Positions 1-9,600 of a stretch of 64,000 nt of DNA are shown one piece after another (position 1 is the first letter of the stretch; every line of letters starts with the position of its first letter). Under the pieces are notes generated by a model. It was given only the letters and a program-made list of their open reading frames with translations. It was not told the DNA's origin and made no database searches. Both the position numbers and the translations under genes were made by a program. The stretch is from positions 1 to 64,000 of the IMG/VR virus record IMGVR_UViG_3300025703_000001. One strand, written 5' to 3'. The stretch is from a virus.

Positions 1-1441
1 GAACGTTACCGGCCCGTTCTCCGCGGGTGGCGGCAGCGGCGTGATCCCGTGCTCCGATGGGTTGCACCCGTTCACCTACACCGGACTTACCACGAACACC
101 AGTCTCAATGGCGTGGTGATCTCCAGCCAACCGGCATCCAACTCCAACGGCAACGTCACCCAGTCGTCTGCAGCTGCCGTGACCATCAACGCCCCCGTCT
201 ACCCAGCCCTCCTCCAAACCGGCAACGCCGGGGCGACGGTCCCCGCGGGATACGTCAATGGCACCAACTGCTACGTTGAGGCGTGGCCGCTGCACTGGTC
301 CTCGTCCGCGTACACCACCCTGGCAGCGAGTCAACCCACCGGCGGCGGAATCGTCGGAGCCACCGCAGGAGGTTGGGCCGACGCCCAAGCCGCCAACGCC
401 AACGGGAACCTCAACGCCATGCTCGACGGCTTCGCGGTACTGGCCGCGGCCCTGAGTCCCTACCCCCTCATCATGCGACCGATGCCCGAATCGAACAACG
501 GCGGCTCGGCTGCGTTCTGGTACGACCAGGGCGCCATGGGCTGGGGGCCGCAACTGTTCCGCTACATCGTGGGCTACCTCACCGGCAATGGTGGGTTCGC
601 CGGACAGCCGGTGACCGCGGTGCCGGTCCACAACATCATCTTTGCCACCAACTCGGCATCACCGACCGGACTAGAGGCCGTCGGGACCGACTTCCCCACG
701 ACGGCCACGGTCGGGTTCACCGCCGACCTGGTGGGGATGGACACGTACTCCGGCACGTGGGCCACCACCAACCCCAAGTCCGGATTCACCACGGCTCTCG
801 GCGTCACCGGGTACTCCAACGTCCCGCCGATCCTCATGGAGGCATACGGCAACACCCCCACGCACGCCGACCCCACGACCTGGGGATGGGATGCCAGCAC
901 CACCGGCGACCTCGCTGGGAAAACAACGCTCAAGACCGCCGCCACCTACAGCACCTCGCGCCAGTTCGCGGCTTCGGGGACTATCCAGATAGCGACCACT
1001 CAGGGCGTTCAGTCGGTGGCCTACACCAGCCTCTCCAGCACCGGCACGACGCCGAACAAGGTGGTCACGTTCAGCGGAGTCACGACCACCGGAGTCCCTA
1101 CCGGCAGCATGTTGCCGAGTCCCGTCAACGTGTTCAACCCGTTCATCTACGGCGTGGCCGTGGGCACCGCCACAGTCTCACCCAACACGGGCTGTGCCAA
1201 CTTCCTCACCGGCATCAAAGACGCCACGGCAACCGGCTGTCACTTCTGCATCAACCCGCTCAACTACGGCGCCACGGCCAACAACGAGTTCCAGTCGATG
1301 CTCTTTCAGCCAGGCTTCAAGGCCATCATGCAGGACCCCGACACGGTGAACCTCCCGACACCGGGGAACTGGAGCGGCTTCGGGTGGGGTGCTGGGCAGG
1401 GTACGGAGTGGAACTGGCAGAGTCCATTGGTGGGGACTTAG
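1..1441 (+). CDS. Virion-associated glycoside hydrolase, GH26-like TIM barrel with inserted beta-rich segment (5' truncated)
   Basis: Frame is open from the window edge; motifs PLIMRPMPESN (acid/base Glu), AFWY, DLVGMDTY, ILMEAYG (nucleophile) resemble GH26; Thr/Ser/Gly-rich; lies among structural genes. Confidence 0.65.
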   Translation, partial: NVTGPFSAGGGSGVIPCSDGLHPFTYTGLTTNTSLNGVVISSQPASNSNGNVTQSSAAAVTINAPVYPALLQTGNAGATVPAGYVNGTNCYVEAWPLHWSSSAYTTLAASQPTGGGIVGATAGGWADAQAANANGNLNAMLDGFAVLAAALSPYPLIMRPMPESNNGGSAAFWYDQGAMGWGPQLFRYIVGYLTGNGGFAGQPVTAVPVHNIIFATNSASPTGLEAVGTDFPTTATVGFTADLVGMDTYSGTWATTNPKSGFTTALGVTGYSNVPPILMEAYGNTPTHADPTTWGWDASTTGDLAGKTTLKTAATYSTSRQFAASGTIQIATTQGVQSVAYTSLSSTGTTPNKVVTFSGVTTTGVPTGSMLPSPVNVFNPFIYGVAVGTATVSPNTGCANFLTGIKDATATGCHFCINPLNYGATANNEFQSMLFQPGFKAIMQDPDTVNLPTPGNWSGFGWGAGQGTEWNWQSPLVGT

Positions 1442-1444
1442 CCA

Positions 1445-1600
1445 ATGGCAACCATCAAGGGACTACTGTCACTGTTCTTCAAGGGCGGTACGCCGCCCAC
1501 GCCCGTGTTTGTGCAGTACGTGGCAGGTTCGCCTTTTGTGGAGTGGACGGCTGGCACGGCAATAACCAATTGGTCCGGTGGTCCCGCAAGTGGAGGGTAA
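1445..1600 (+). CDS. Small hypothetical virion protein, 51 aa (MATIKGLLSLFFKGG...)
   Basis: ATG 1445 to TAA 1600 fills the gap exactly between flanking genes; next ATG at 1601; below ORF-track cutoff. Confidence 0.6.
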   Translation: MATIKGLLSLFFKGGTPPTPVFVQYVAGSPFVEWTAGTAITNWSGGPASGG

Positions 1601-1945
1601 ATGCTGAGCATCTACGCAGTCTCCACGCAGTACGTCAGTACGAATATCAGCAACACGGAGGGCATCAACCCGACGAGCGACACGGTGCAGTTCGCTTTCC
1701 TTGGTGGAGTGTCCAATTCCTCACAGGCGAACGAACTGGTACCGACGAGCAGCACGACTTGGTACACGGGATCGTGGCCGAGTATGTCGCCAGTGACGAA
1801 CACGGCCAACAGCTATACAGCGACGATCCTTGTCGGACCCGCGGGGACTGTGGCATTGACGACTGGGACGTATCTCATGTTGGCAAAAGTAACCGCTAGT
1901 CCCGAAGCACCCGTTATTTTCTGCGGTCCCATTTCAGTTAGCTAA
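1601..1945 (+). CDS. Hypothetical structural protein (BppU N-terminal-like beta fold)
   Basis: 114 aa ORF with C-terminal LTTGTYLMLAKVTASPEAPV pattern typical of actinophage virion proteins. Confidence 0.55.
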   Translation: MLSIYAVSTQYVSTNISNTEGINPTSDTVQFAFLGGVSNSSQANELVPTSSTTWYTGSWPSMSPVTNTANSYTATILVGPAGTVALTTGTYLMLAKVTASPEAPVIFCGPISVS

Positions 1946-2111
1946 CAACGCTCTGACCTGCATGTTTTGTAGTGAAGGAAAGTAAGGCTATTCACTCACG
2001 GTATTTGGCGCTGTAGGACCGATTTTAGCGTCTGGCACAAGGCGCCGTACACACTATTTGCAAGCCTCCTGAGCGATTCTAGGGGCCTTAGAAACGTAAC
2101 GGAGCGTGCGT

Positions 2112-3050
2112 ATGAGCAGCACAGTCGCGTACGCCAACTACGACCAATCGTACACGAACCGCGTACCTCTTTTGACACCACAGGAATATAATTCGGCCCC
2201 GACCGCAATGGACGTTGCAAATCTGGTGTCAGGTGGGTCGCAGGCAAACTCTACCGCACTTGTAGAGACGATTGCTCGGGCATCCTCCTGGGTGGACCAG
2301 TACGTGATGGGATCAACTGGCACCCTTGCTGCGACACTGAATACGGAGTCGTATCGCATCTGGAGTTCGCGTGACCTGACATTAAAGATCCACCCGCGGT
2401 TTTGGCCAATTCTTGAAGTCGATTCATTCTCGTACGCCCCAACGGGTGGTTATGGCTTCAGCAACGCGGCGTCAATCACTCCAGCTGGCAACATCTGGAT
2501 AGAGCCGCAGGAGTTCGTGGTCAACCTCAACGCTGGGGGCATCTTCGGATTTAACACAGCGTTCAACGGTTTCGGCGGAATCGGCGTTGCTCCGTGCCAA
2601 GAGTATTACTGCACCTGGTCGTACGTGAACGGATTCCCTCTGTCCACGCTGACGGCCTCAGTCGCGGCGGGTGCAAACTCCATCACACCAGAGAGCGTGA
2701 TCGGCATGTATCCCGGATCTACGTTGACGCTCTACGATTTGCCGAACGACGAGCAAATCCAAATTGCATCGACGTACGTTCCCGGTACAGCAACGGTGCC
2801 ACTCGCGGGTACGACCGCATACACGCACGCGGCGGGTGTCATGGTTACGAACCTACCGCCCGCAGTCAAACAGGCGGCGATCCTTGCGACTACCGCATTC
2901 ATCAAGCAGCGCGGGAGTGGTGCCATGGTTGTGCAGGACATGGGTGCGGTGACTCACCAGTCATCTGGGTTCTCGCAGAACAGCGGGAGCGATTGGGCTG
3001 AGGCGGAACTTCTGCTCGATGTCTTCAGGCAAGCCTACGTAGGATATTGA
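2112..3050 (+). CDS. Head-to-tail adaptor/connector protein
   Basis: GGAG RBS at 2101; N-terminal IARASSWVDQY and C-terminal LPPAVKQAAIL motifs of gp6-like adaptors; position before tail genes. Confidence 0.7.
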   Translation: MSSTVAYANYDQSYTNRVPLLTPQEYNSAPTAMDVANLVSGGSQANSTALVETIARASSWVDQYVMGSTGTLAATLNTESYRIWSSRDLTLKIHPRFWPILEVDSFSYAPTGGYGFSNAASITPAGNIWIEPQEFVVNLNAGGIFGFNTAFNGFGGIGVAPCQEYYCTWSYVNGFPLSTLTASVAAGANSITPESVIGMYPGSTLTLYDLPNDEQIQIASTYVPGTATVPLAGTTAYTHAAGVMVTNLPPAVKQAAILATTAFIKQRGSGAMVVQDMGAVTHQSSGFSQNSGSDWAEAELLLDVFRQAYVGY

Positions 3051-3133
3051 TGACACCCAAACACGCAACCAAGGTCAAGCAACACGCCGCCAAGATCGCC
3101 AAAAAGGTCAAGGCCAAGAAGCCGAAGAAGTAG
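3050..3133 (+). CDS. Lys-rich basic micro-protein, 27 aa (MTPKHATKVKQHAAKIAKKVKAKKPKK)
   Basis: ATG overlaps upstream TGA (TGATG); ends TAG 6 nt before next ATG; mostly AAG codons. Confidence 0.55.
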   Translation: MTPKHATKVKQHAAKIAKKVKAKKPKK

Positions 3134-3139
3134 GTCGCC

Positions 3140-3694
3140 ATGTCGCTCAGTGCAGTTAGTGAAGCGATCTACGACTACATGGAACCGAGCGCCAGCAACA
3201 TCCCGAACCTCGGCGCACTGTATCGGGCGTTGCCGAAGGTAGCTGACGAAGCGGACCTCTTTCAGTTCACGCCGCCCGGACTTAGCGTTGGTGCGACGAT
3301 CTACTACTTCGCGACCGACCAGAAGGAGACCCGGACGGCCCTAGGCGGTCCACCCCCTCCGTACGGTGGCGGCGGTCACAAGTTCGTTGAGTACACGTTC
3401 GCTTTCCTGATCTACTTCAAGAGCGACAGCCCTGCAGTGATCGACGGGCAGATCGCGTATGACGCGTTCAAGGATGCGTTTGTTGCGAGAGTTCGCGCCA
3501 ACCGCACCGCAGGAACCGATGCCGCAGAGTATGGCGGTAACGGGACTGGAACGATCTTCCAGTGGGGTGAGGGCGGCATTCATGGTGGCGTCGATATTCA
3601 GGCCCAGCATTTCGTACCCAAGACCATTGACGGCGGGGCCGTACTTTTTCAAAGTCTTTACCACTTGAATGTGTGTGAAGACATTTTTACCTAA
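3140..3694 (+). CDS. Putative tail terminator/completion protein
   Basis: 184 aa ORF immediately upstream of the major tail gene; assignment by synteny. Confidence 0.55.
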   Translation: MSLSAVSEAIYDYMEPSASNIPNLGALYRALPKVADEADLFQFTPPGLSVGATIYYFATDQKETRTALGGPPPPYGGGGHKFVEYTFAFLIYFKSDSPAVIDGQIAYDAFKDAFVARVRANRTAGTDAAEYGGNGTGTIFQWGEGGIHGGVDIQAQHFVPKTIDGGAVLFQSLYHLNVCEDIFT

Positions 3695-3768
3695 AGCAAT
3701 CCGTTAACTAACCGGCGACTACGCCGAACAATCAGTCGCCGGTATCGGTTGACGAACAAGGAGAAATC

Positions 3769-4749
3769 ATGGCAGGTACAGTCCTTCCTCTTTTGTCGGC
3801 AAACTCGTATTTCGGCCTCGCCGCCGAGAGCACGTACGGGACTGCCGCCAGCATCGCATCAATGACTCCGGTCAACAGTCCAAAGGTGACGCCTGGCGTC
3901 AAGTGGTTGATGGACACTGACTTCCGTGGGTCGCCGGTGATGAACTACGACAACATCGCTGGTGTCTACCAGGCTTCGTACGATATGAAGACGTACTGCT
4001 ACACCGATGTGTTCCCGAACCTTCTGCGTGCTGCGCTTGGGTCGAGCGATACCGTTGCATCTGTTGGTGGCGGCAATTACACGCACACCATCGGACTGAA
4101 CAACTCGCCCAACACTGGGTCGCAGTCGCCGTCTTACACGATCATCAACGACTCCGTTGATGCCACATATCAGATGGTTGCCTCACGTCTTGACTCACTG
4201 AACATCTCGTTTGCGGCAGATGCGGCTGTTGAGGCAACCACCTCGTGGAAAGTTAATCAACCGACAGTCGTAGCCAGCGTGTCGGCTACGCCATCTACGG
4301 TGCAGCACTTGATTCCCGCGTGGAACTGCTCGGCATCGATCGGCGGCGTCGCTGTCTATGTCGTTGAGAACTGGGCGCTTGACATCAAGCGCAACACGAA
4401 CCAAATCTTTGCACTTGGCGCTCAGTCGAGTGTTTCCAACTTCCAGGGTCCAATTGAAGTCAGCGGCAAAACGACTTTCATCGTGCAGCAAGGTGAGACC
4501 TATTGGGCTAACGCCTTGACTCGTGATCAGCAGGTTGTGTCCTTCACGCTCACAGATCCCTTTACCGGATTTTCAATTCTTTTTCAGAGCAGTACGACTC
4601 AACTTGAGTCTCCAGTCATCAATCAGGGCAAAAATTATGTGGAGCTAGATTTGAACTTTACCTGTATCGGTAATACCACCGATACGGTCACGTTCGGCTA
4701 CTCGCCTATGAAGACTGTCGTGACTAACAACATCGCCGCGGCGTACTAA
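3769..4749 (+). CDS. Major tail (tube) protein
   Basis: AAGGAG RBS; FGLAAESTYGT N-terminal motif and YTHT motif of siphovirus tail tube proteins; 326 aa. Confidence 0.85.
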   Translation: MAGTVLPLLSANSYFGLAAESTYGTAASIASMTPVNSPKVTPGVKWLMDTDFRGSPVMNYDNIAGVYQASYDMKTYCYTDVFPNLLRAALGSSDTVASVGGGNYTHTIGLNNSPNTGSQSPSYTIINDSVDATYQMVASRLDSLNISFAADAAVEATTSWKVNQPTVVASVSATPSTVQHLIPAWNCSASIGGVAVYVVENWALDIKRNTNQIFALGAQSSVSNFQGPIEVSGKTTFIVQQGETYWANALTRDQQVVSFTLTDPFTGFSILFQSSTTQLESPVINQGKNYVELDLNFTCIGNTTDTVTFGYSPMKTVVTNNIAAAY

Positions 4750-4759
4750 TATAGCGGAT

Positions 4760-5660
4760 ATGGCAACGCACATCTATGGACTGTACGATCCTCGCAAACC
4801 GATAGAGCTTGAGAACTGTCGCTACGTTGGTCAGACGGTTAACCCACTTGATGAGCACCTGAAGGACCACCTTTCGTCAGCGCGAGTTAACAACAACGCC
4901 TCGCGCGATAGGTGGATTCGGGAACTCATTGCCGATGGCGTCACTCCCTCCATTCATCTCATTGATGATGTGGATGACATCGACGCTACCGACGTTGAGT
5001 GTGCGTGGATTCTTGATGGGATTGCGGCAGGTTGGGATCTGACCAACGAAGGAACGGGCAGAGTTCCCGTTCCATGGGACAGCTCTCCGTACCTGACGCC
5101 CGCGTATCTTGAACGATTCTGGTCGAACATCATCAAGAATGGCGATGATGAATGCTGGGGTTGGCGAGCCTACAAGACGGACGACGGGTACGGTCAGTTT
5201 ACCGTAGGCGCGAAGCGCGATAAGAACATCAGACGCATCTACGTCCACCGACTCATGTGGGAGATTGTTAACGGCCCAATTCCAAATCGGTTGTTTGTTT
5301 GCCATCGCTGCGACAATCCAGAATGCGCTAATCCAAAGCATCTCTTCCTAGACACGCTTCATGGCAATATGAAAGACGCCGGCCAAGGGCCGTATTCGCA
5401 ATCAGCATTGGGGTGTCGAGAGAACGCACTGTCAGCAGGGACACGAATATACCGAAGAGAACACCTACATCAACCCTAAGGGTGTCAAGGTGTGCAAAAT
5501 CTGCAACAGAGAATCTAGTCGCACTATCATGCGTGAAGTGAGGGAGCGCAAGAAGCCTACGTTCGTTAAGAACGCACAGTGTGACGAATGCGGATTTCTG
5601 TCCAACTCTCAAGGCGTTAGCCATCACCAGACATCAGTAAGCCACACCGGCAACAACTAG
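4760..5660 (+). pseudogene. GIY-YIG-like plus HNH homing endonuclease, frameshifted near 5380
   Basis: HIYGLYDPR...YVGQT and VCHRCDNPECANPKHL; the expected continuation AKGR...THCQQGHEYTEENTY...CKIC is in a different frame and ends at TAG 5660. Confidence 0.7.
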
Positions 5661-5698
5661 TCACACACCCCACTCGCATCATCGCCCCCGAACAAAGG

Positions 5699-6034
5699 AT
5701 GGGCACAGCCATGTCACGACACAGCGCACTTTTCAGCCGTCGCAGCAACGCTGCGGTGGATTTCCGTCCGGACGATCCGCGCGGCGATTCACCGTTCGCT
5801 CAGCTGGGGCGGCTTTCTGCGTACTTACAGGGCGCACCAATCGGCGACGACGCGATCACCGAGTGTGGTCCGGCCCTGGACTACCTACGCGAATACACAT
5901 ACCGCAAGGTCTTCACTGGCACGTCGCACGAAGAGTATCTAGCACTCGACAAATCCGACCCCGATGTCATTGATTGGCTCGTGGCCGTTCATGGCGCAGA
6001 AACCGACGCATTTCAGTCCCGCAAGAACCGCTAA
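5699..6034 (+). CDS. Stand-alone paralog of the tail assembly chaperone frameshift extension
   Basis: DF..DDP..SPFAQLGRL...YTYRKVF..SHEEY...WL aligns by eye with the -1 frame product of the downstream chaperone. Confidence 0.55.
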   Translation: MGTAMSRHSALFSRRSNAAVDFRPDDPRGDSPFAQLGRLSAYLQGAPIGDDAITECGPALDYLREYTYRKVFTGTSHEEYLALDKSDPDVIDWLVAVHGAETDAFQSRKNR

Positions 6035-6051
6035 CAAAAAGGAATAGCACA

Positions 6052-6468
6052 ATGACCACAACCGTAGCGCTCCCCGGCGGCACCGCCGAACTGAAGGACC
6101 AAGACGAGCTGACGAATAAAGAGGTTAAGCATCTCCGCAAGGCGGCTCGCATCGCCGCGGGTGTCGCCAACCGACTGACCGAACTCGGATTCAACGACGA
6201 AGACCCCGCAACGTGGACCGTCATCGCACAGCTCAGCGACAACGAGGATGACCAGATCGACCTGTTCCAGCGCACCTGCGTGTCCATCCGCCTGAAGGAC
6301 TGGACGCTTGAACTCGACAAGCCATCCACGCCCGACGAGGTTGACAATCTGCCGCGCCCGATCTACGTGCCACTGACCGTTGCCGCCGTTGACATCGACT
6401 TCTCCGACGACTTCTCGGTGGATGGTGCGGCGGACCCAAAAGCGGATTCAGCCGACTCCGAAGGCTGA
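6052..6468 (+). CDS. Tail assembly chaperone (G)
   Basis: AAGGAA RBS, ATG 6052; between major tail and tape measure genes; ends DPKADSADSEG after a slippery site. Confidence 0.85.
   Translation: MTTTVALPGGTAELKDQDELTNKEVKHLRKAARIAAGVANRLTELGFNDEDPATWTVIAQLSDNEDDQIDLFQRTCVSIRLKDWTLELDKPSTPDEVDNLPRPIYVPLTVAAVDIDFSDDFSVDGAADPKADSADSEG
6435..6441 (+). promoter_or_regulatory. Programmed -1 ribosomal frameshift site C CCA AAA
   Basis: XXXYYYZ heptamer in the correct phase (GAC CCA AAA GCG); -1 frame stays open to 6662. Confidence 0.85.
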
Positions 6469-6662
6469 AAAATGCGTACATGGGTCGCAAGGCGCTAGTC
6501 GCCGTCGACCCCGATCTACAAGACCTCGCTGCCGCATACAAATATTGCAAAATCTTCCACTGCTCCCTAGCGGAGTACGAGTCTCGTCCGTACTACGAGA
6601 CGATGTGGATGCTCCAAATTGACGCCACCTATAACGATGCTGTTTCTGAAATGAACGGCTAA
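6441..6662 (+). CDS. Tail assembly chaperone frameshift extension (T part of GT)
   Basis: -1 frame reads SGFSRLRRLKNAYMGRK...EMNG, ending 18 nt before the tape measure start. Confidence 0.8.
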   Translation, partial: SGFSRLRRLKNAYMGRKALVAVDPDLQDLAAAYKYCKIFHCSLAEYESRPYYETMWMLQIDATYNDAVSEMNG

Positions 6663-6680
6663 CCACCCGAGCGAGGTCAC

Positions 6681-9600
6681 ATGGGAGCACTGGAGCCAGT
6701 AGTCGCAACTCTGGTTGCCGACATTGCTCAATTCAAAGCATCCATGGCCGAAGCAAAAGCGTCCATGGAGGAACTCGGCGCGTCCGCCGATACCGCTGAC
6801 GCTGAGGGTAAGCTTGGAGCGATAGGTGCTGCTGGTTCACAAGCCGGTAAGGATGTCAAGCTCGGTGCAGAAGATGCCGTCGCTGGACTGGGTGGCGTCA
6901 GTACCGCTGCCAAAGATGCAGAGGGTGCGGCACGAAGCACGGAGTCCGCCACCAAGGATCTAGGGACTGCCGCCGAAAACACTGGTGGCAAACTCTCTGG
7001 TGGCCTGAGCGGTGGCCTGTCCAAGCTGGGCGGTATCCTCTCCAACACTGGCATCCCTGGCGTTACGTCTCTTGGTGAAGGTCTCGCTCGCACAAGCGAA
7101 GAGGCCGACAAGATGGGGTCGAGTGCGGGCAGCCTCTTTACGTCATTTGCTGGTGTGGGTAAGATTGCCACCCTTGGCCTTGGTGTCGCCTTCGCTGGTG
7201 CGGCCGTTGAAGGGCTTCACCTTGCTGACAACATGCAGCAAGCGACCACCGCTATTGCCAACTCTGCCGGGATCAGCACCACTGCTGCGAACAACATTGG
7301 CAAGGCATTCCTGAGTACAGCTGGGCAGTCAGAGTTCTCTGGCGTTCAAATGGCGCAAGCGTTTAGCCAAGTCGCTGGACAACTAAAGTCAACCCAGGGT
7401 AGCGCTCTGACCGCGGCCCAATCGCTCCAGGTAATGAACGCTGCTGGCGATCTCGCTACAGCTAAGCAAACGAGCCTAGCGTCAGCAACGACCACCGTGG
7501 CTGCTGCCATGCAGGCATTCCAATTGAAGGCTAAGGACGCGTCCGACGTTTCGGACATCCTTTTTAACGCTAGCAACGCTACGGGCCAGAGCGTCTCCTC
7601 TCTCGGCGCAGCTCTTGACAAGGTAAAGACGAAGCTCGGCGGAATGGCGCCACCCATCGGCCAGCTCGCCGGTCTGCTGGTCGACATGACCAACCACGGC
7701 GAAACCGGTCGTGCCGCCATGGCGTCCCTGACGACCACCTTCACGACATTCCTCAAGCCCGCCGCAGCTGTGGCTACGGCTCAGAATAACCTCAAAGCTG
7801 CGACGGATCAGCTCCCCCCAAGCCTCAAGGCATTGGCGGTTCAGGTTCAGAACGGCACGCTTTCATCGCAAGCCGCCACGAAAGCCGCCCAGGGCATGGG
7901 CACCGCACAGGCGGCACTATTTACTCAGTTTGTTAGCGCGAATACAGCGGTAACGACAGCCGGTGACGCCGCCGCCAAACTGGGCATTAGCGTCACCACT
8001 GCCAGTGGTCAGATGAAGCCAATGTCCGCCATCATTGGCGAACTGCACGCAAAGATTGCAGGAATGACCACCGCGCAAGCGACGGCGGAACTGACCGCGC
8101 TTGGATTTGGTAATGCATCAGCTAAATTGGTTACGACCATTCAGGCTGGTTCCGCCGCCTACGACAAGGCCACCGCTGCCGCTACAAAGATGGGTGCCGC
8201 TCACGCTGCGGCCGCAAAGCAAGCCGCCACGTTCAAGACTGAAATGGAGACACTGAAGGCAACTGCCGAGGATCTTCTGACTCAATTCGGACAAGAGTTG
8301 CTTCCTGTTCTCACCACCGTAGCTGGTGCATTTGAGCACGCCACCAGTTTCATCGTAAAAAGTAAGGCCGCCCTCATCGCTTTGGGCGTGTTGGTCGGTG
8401 GACCGCTCGCAGTTGTCATTGGTGCGTTCATCATTCAGAGCATCCAGAAACTGATCTCGTTTGTTACGGACGCCGGGTCTACTGTTGCACAATTCGGTAG
8501 CAAGCTACGTGACCTGACTCAGCCAGCAACGCAGGCTGGCGAAACCGTCACCAAGACTGGAGACGCAGTCGGCACCTCGGTTGAAGAAATGGCCACCAAC
8601 GCCGACACCGCTGCCGGTACTTTTGCTGGCGCCATGAGCACCATGGGCGAAGCGGCCGACGCGCTACAGGGCACCGTCGCTGCCGCCATGACCGCCATCG
8701 AGGCGGACATCGCCGCCGCCAGCGCGAACCTCTCGGCCACGGTCACTGAGGTAACGACAGGAACCAGTGGCGCCAGTGGTGCACTGGGTGGTGCTGGTGT
8801 TACCGGAGCGGCGGGTGCCGCCGGAGCGAGTGGCGCAGCAGGGACCGTTTCTAGTGCTGGCACCTCATCCATTTTTGAGCCAGCGGTAGTTGCACTTCAG
8901 GGTGCGGCTACGTCACTGGAGGCGGCGGCGGCCTCGCTCAAGGAAGCCGCGGGGACCACAGAGACTGCTGCCGGGGATACAAGCGCAGCAGCGGCGGACA
9001 CCACGACCGTAGCCGCAGATATGGCTACCACGGACGCCAATGACGCGAGTTTAGGTGCAGCTGATTCCGCTGATGCAAAATCTGCCGCCGGAGCACTGGA
9101 TACAGCTGCCGGAACATTGGACTCTGCGGGTGAAAAACTCTCCCTCTCTGGGGGTGCTGGCGTCGCCGGAGGTGCCGCCGGGGCAGAAGGTGCCGCCGCT
9201 GGTGGGGCTGCTGTTGCGGGTGGTGCGGCGGAAGAGGCGGCTGTCGGCGGCGGAATAGCGTCAGGATTCCTGACGGCAGCAAAGGGTGCGGCTGGCCCTG
9301 CCATTGGGGGACTAATCGCCGTACAGCTTTACAACGCCTTTCTGGAAAAGCCCCTTGGTAAAAAAATCGGGACCGACGCAGCCAGCGCACTCGGTGACGC
9401 TGGCACAGGTGCGGCCATCGGAGCATCGTTTGGATCGGTTATTCCTGGTCTCGGTACTCTTTTTGGGGCCGCTGTCGGTGCCGCTATTGGGGCGGCATAT
9501 GCCAGCAGAAATAACGCCGGGCATCCCGCGCCCGAAGGCACTCGACAGGTCGGCGGTACCACTGGACCTGGGATTAAATATGGAGAGGGTCGTGGCGGCG

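Noticed and set aside
283-1899. 538 aa plus-strand ORF overlapping the GH26-like gene
   Set aside because: Arg/His-rich off-frame shadow of high-GC codon usage; the real genes occupy other frames
3703-3753. Hairpin ACCGGCGACT/AGTCGCCGGT upstream of the major tail gene
   Set aside because: Real inverted repeat but no U-tract; likely an ordinary mRNA stabiliser or processing site
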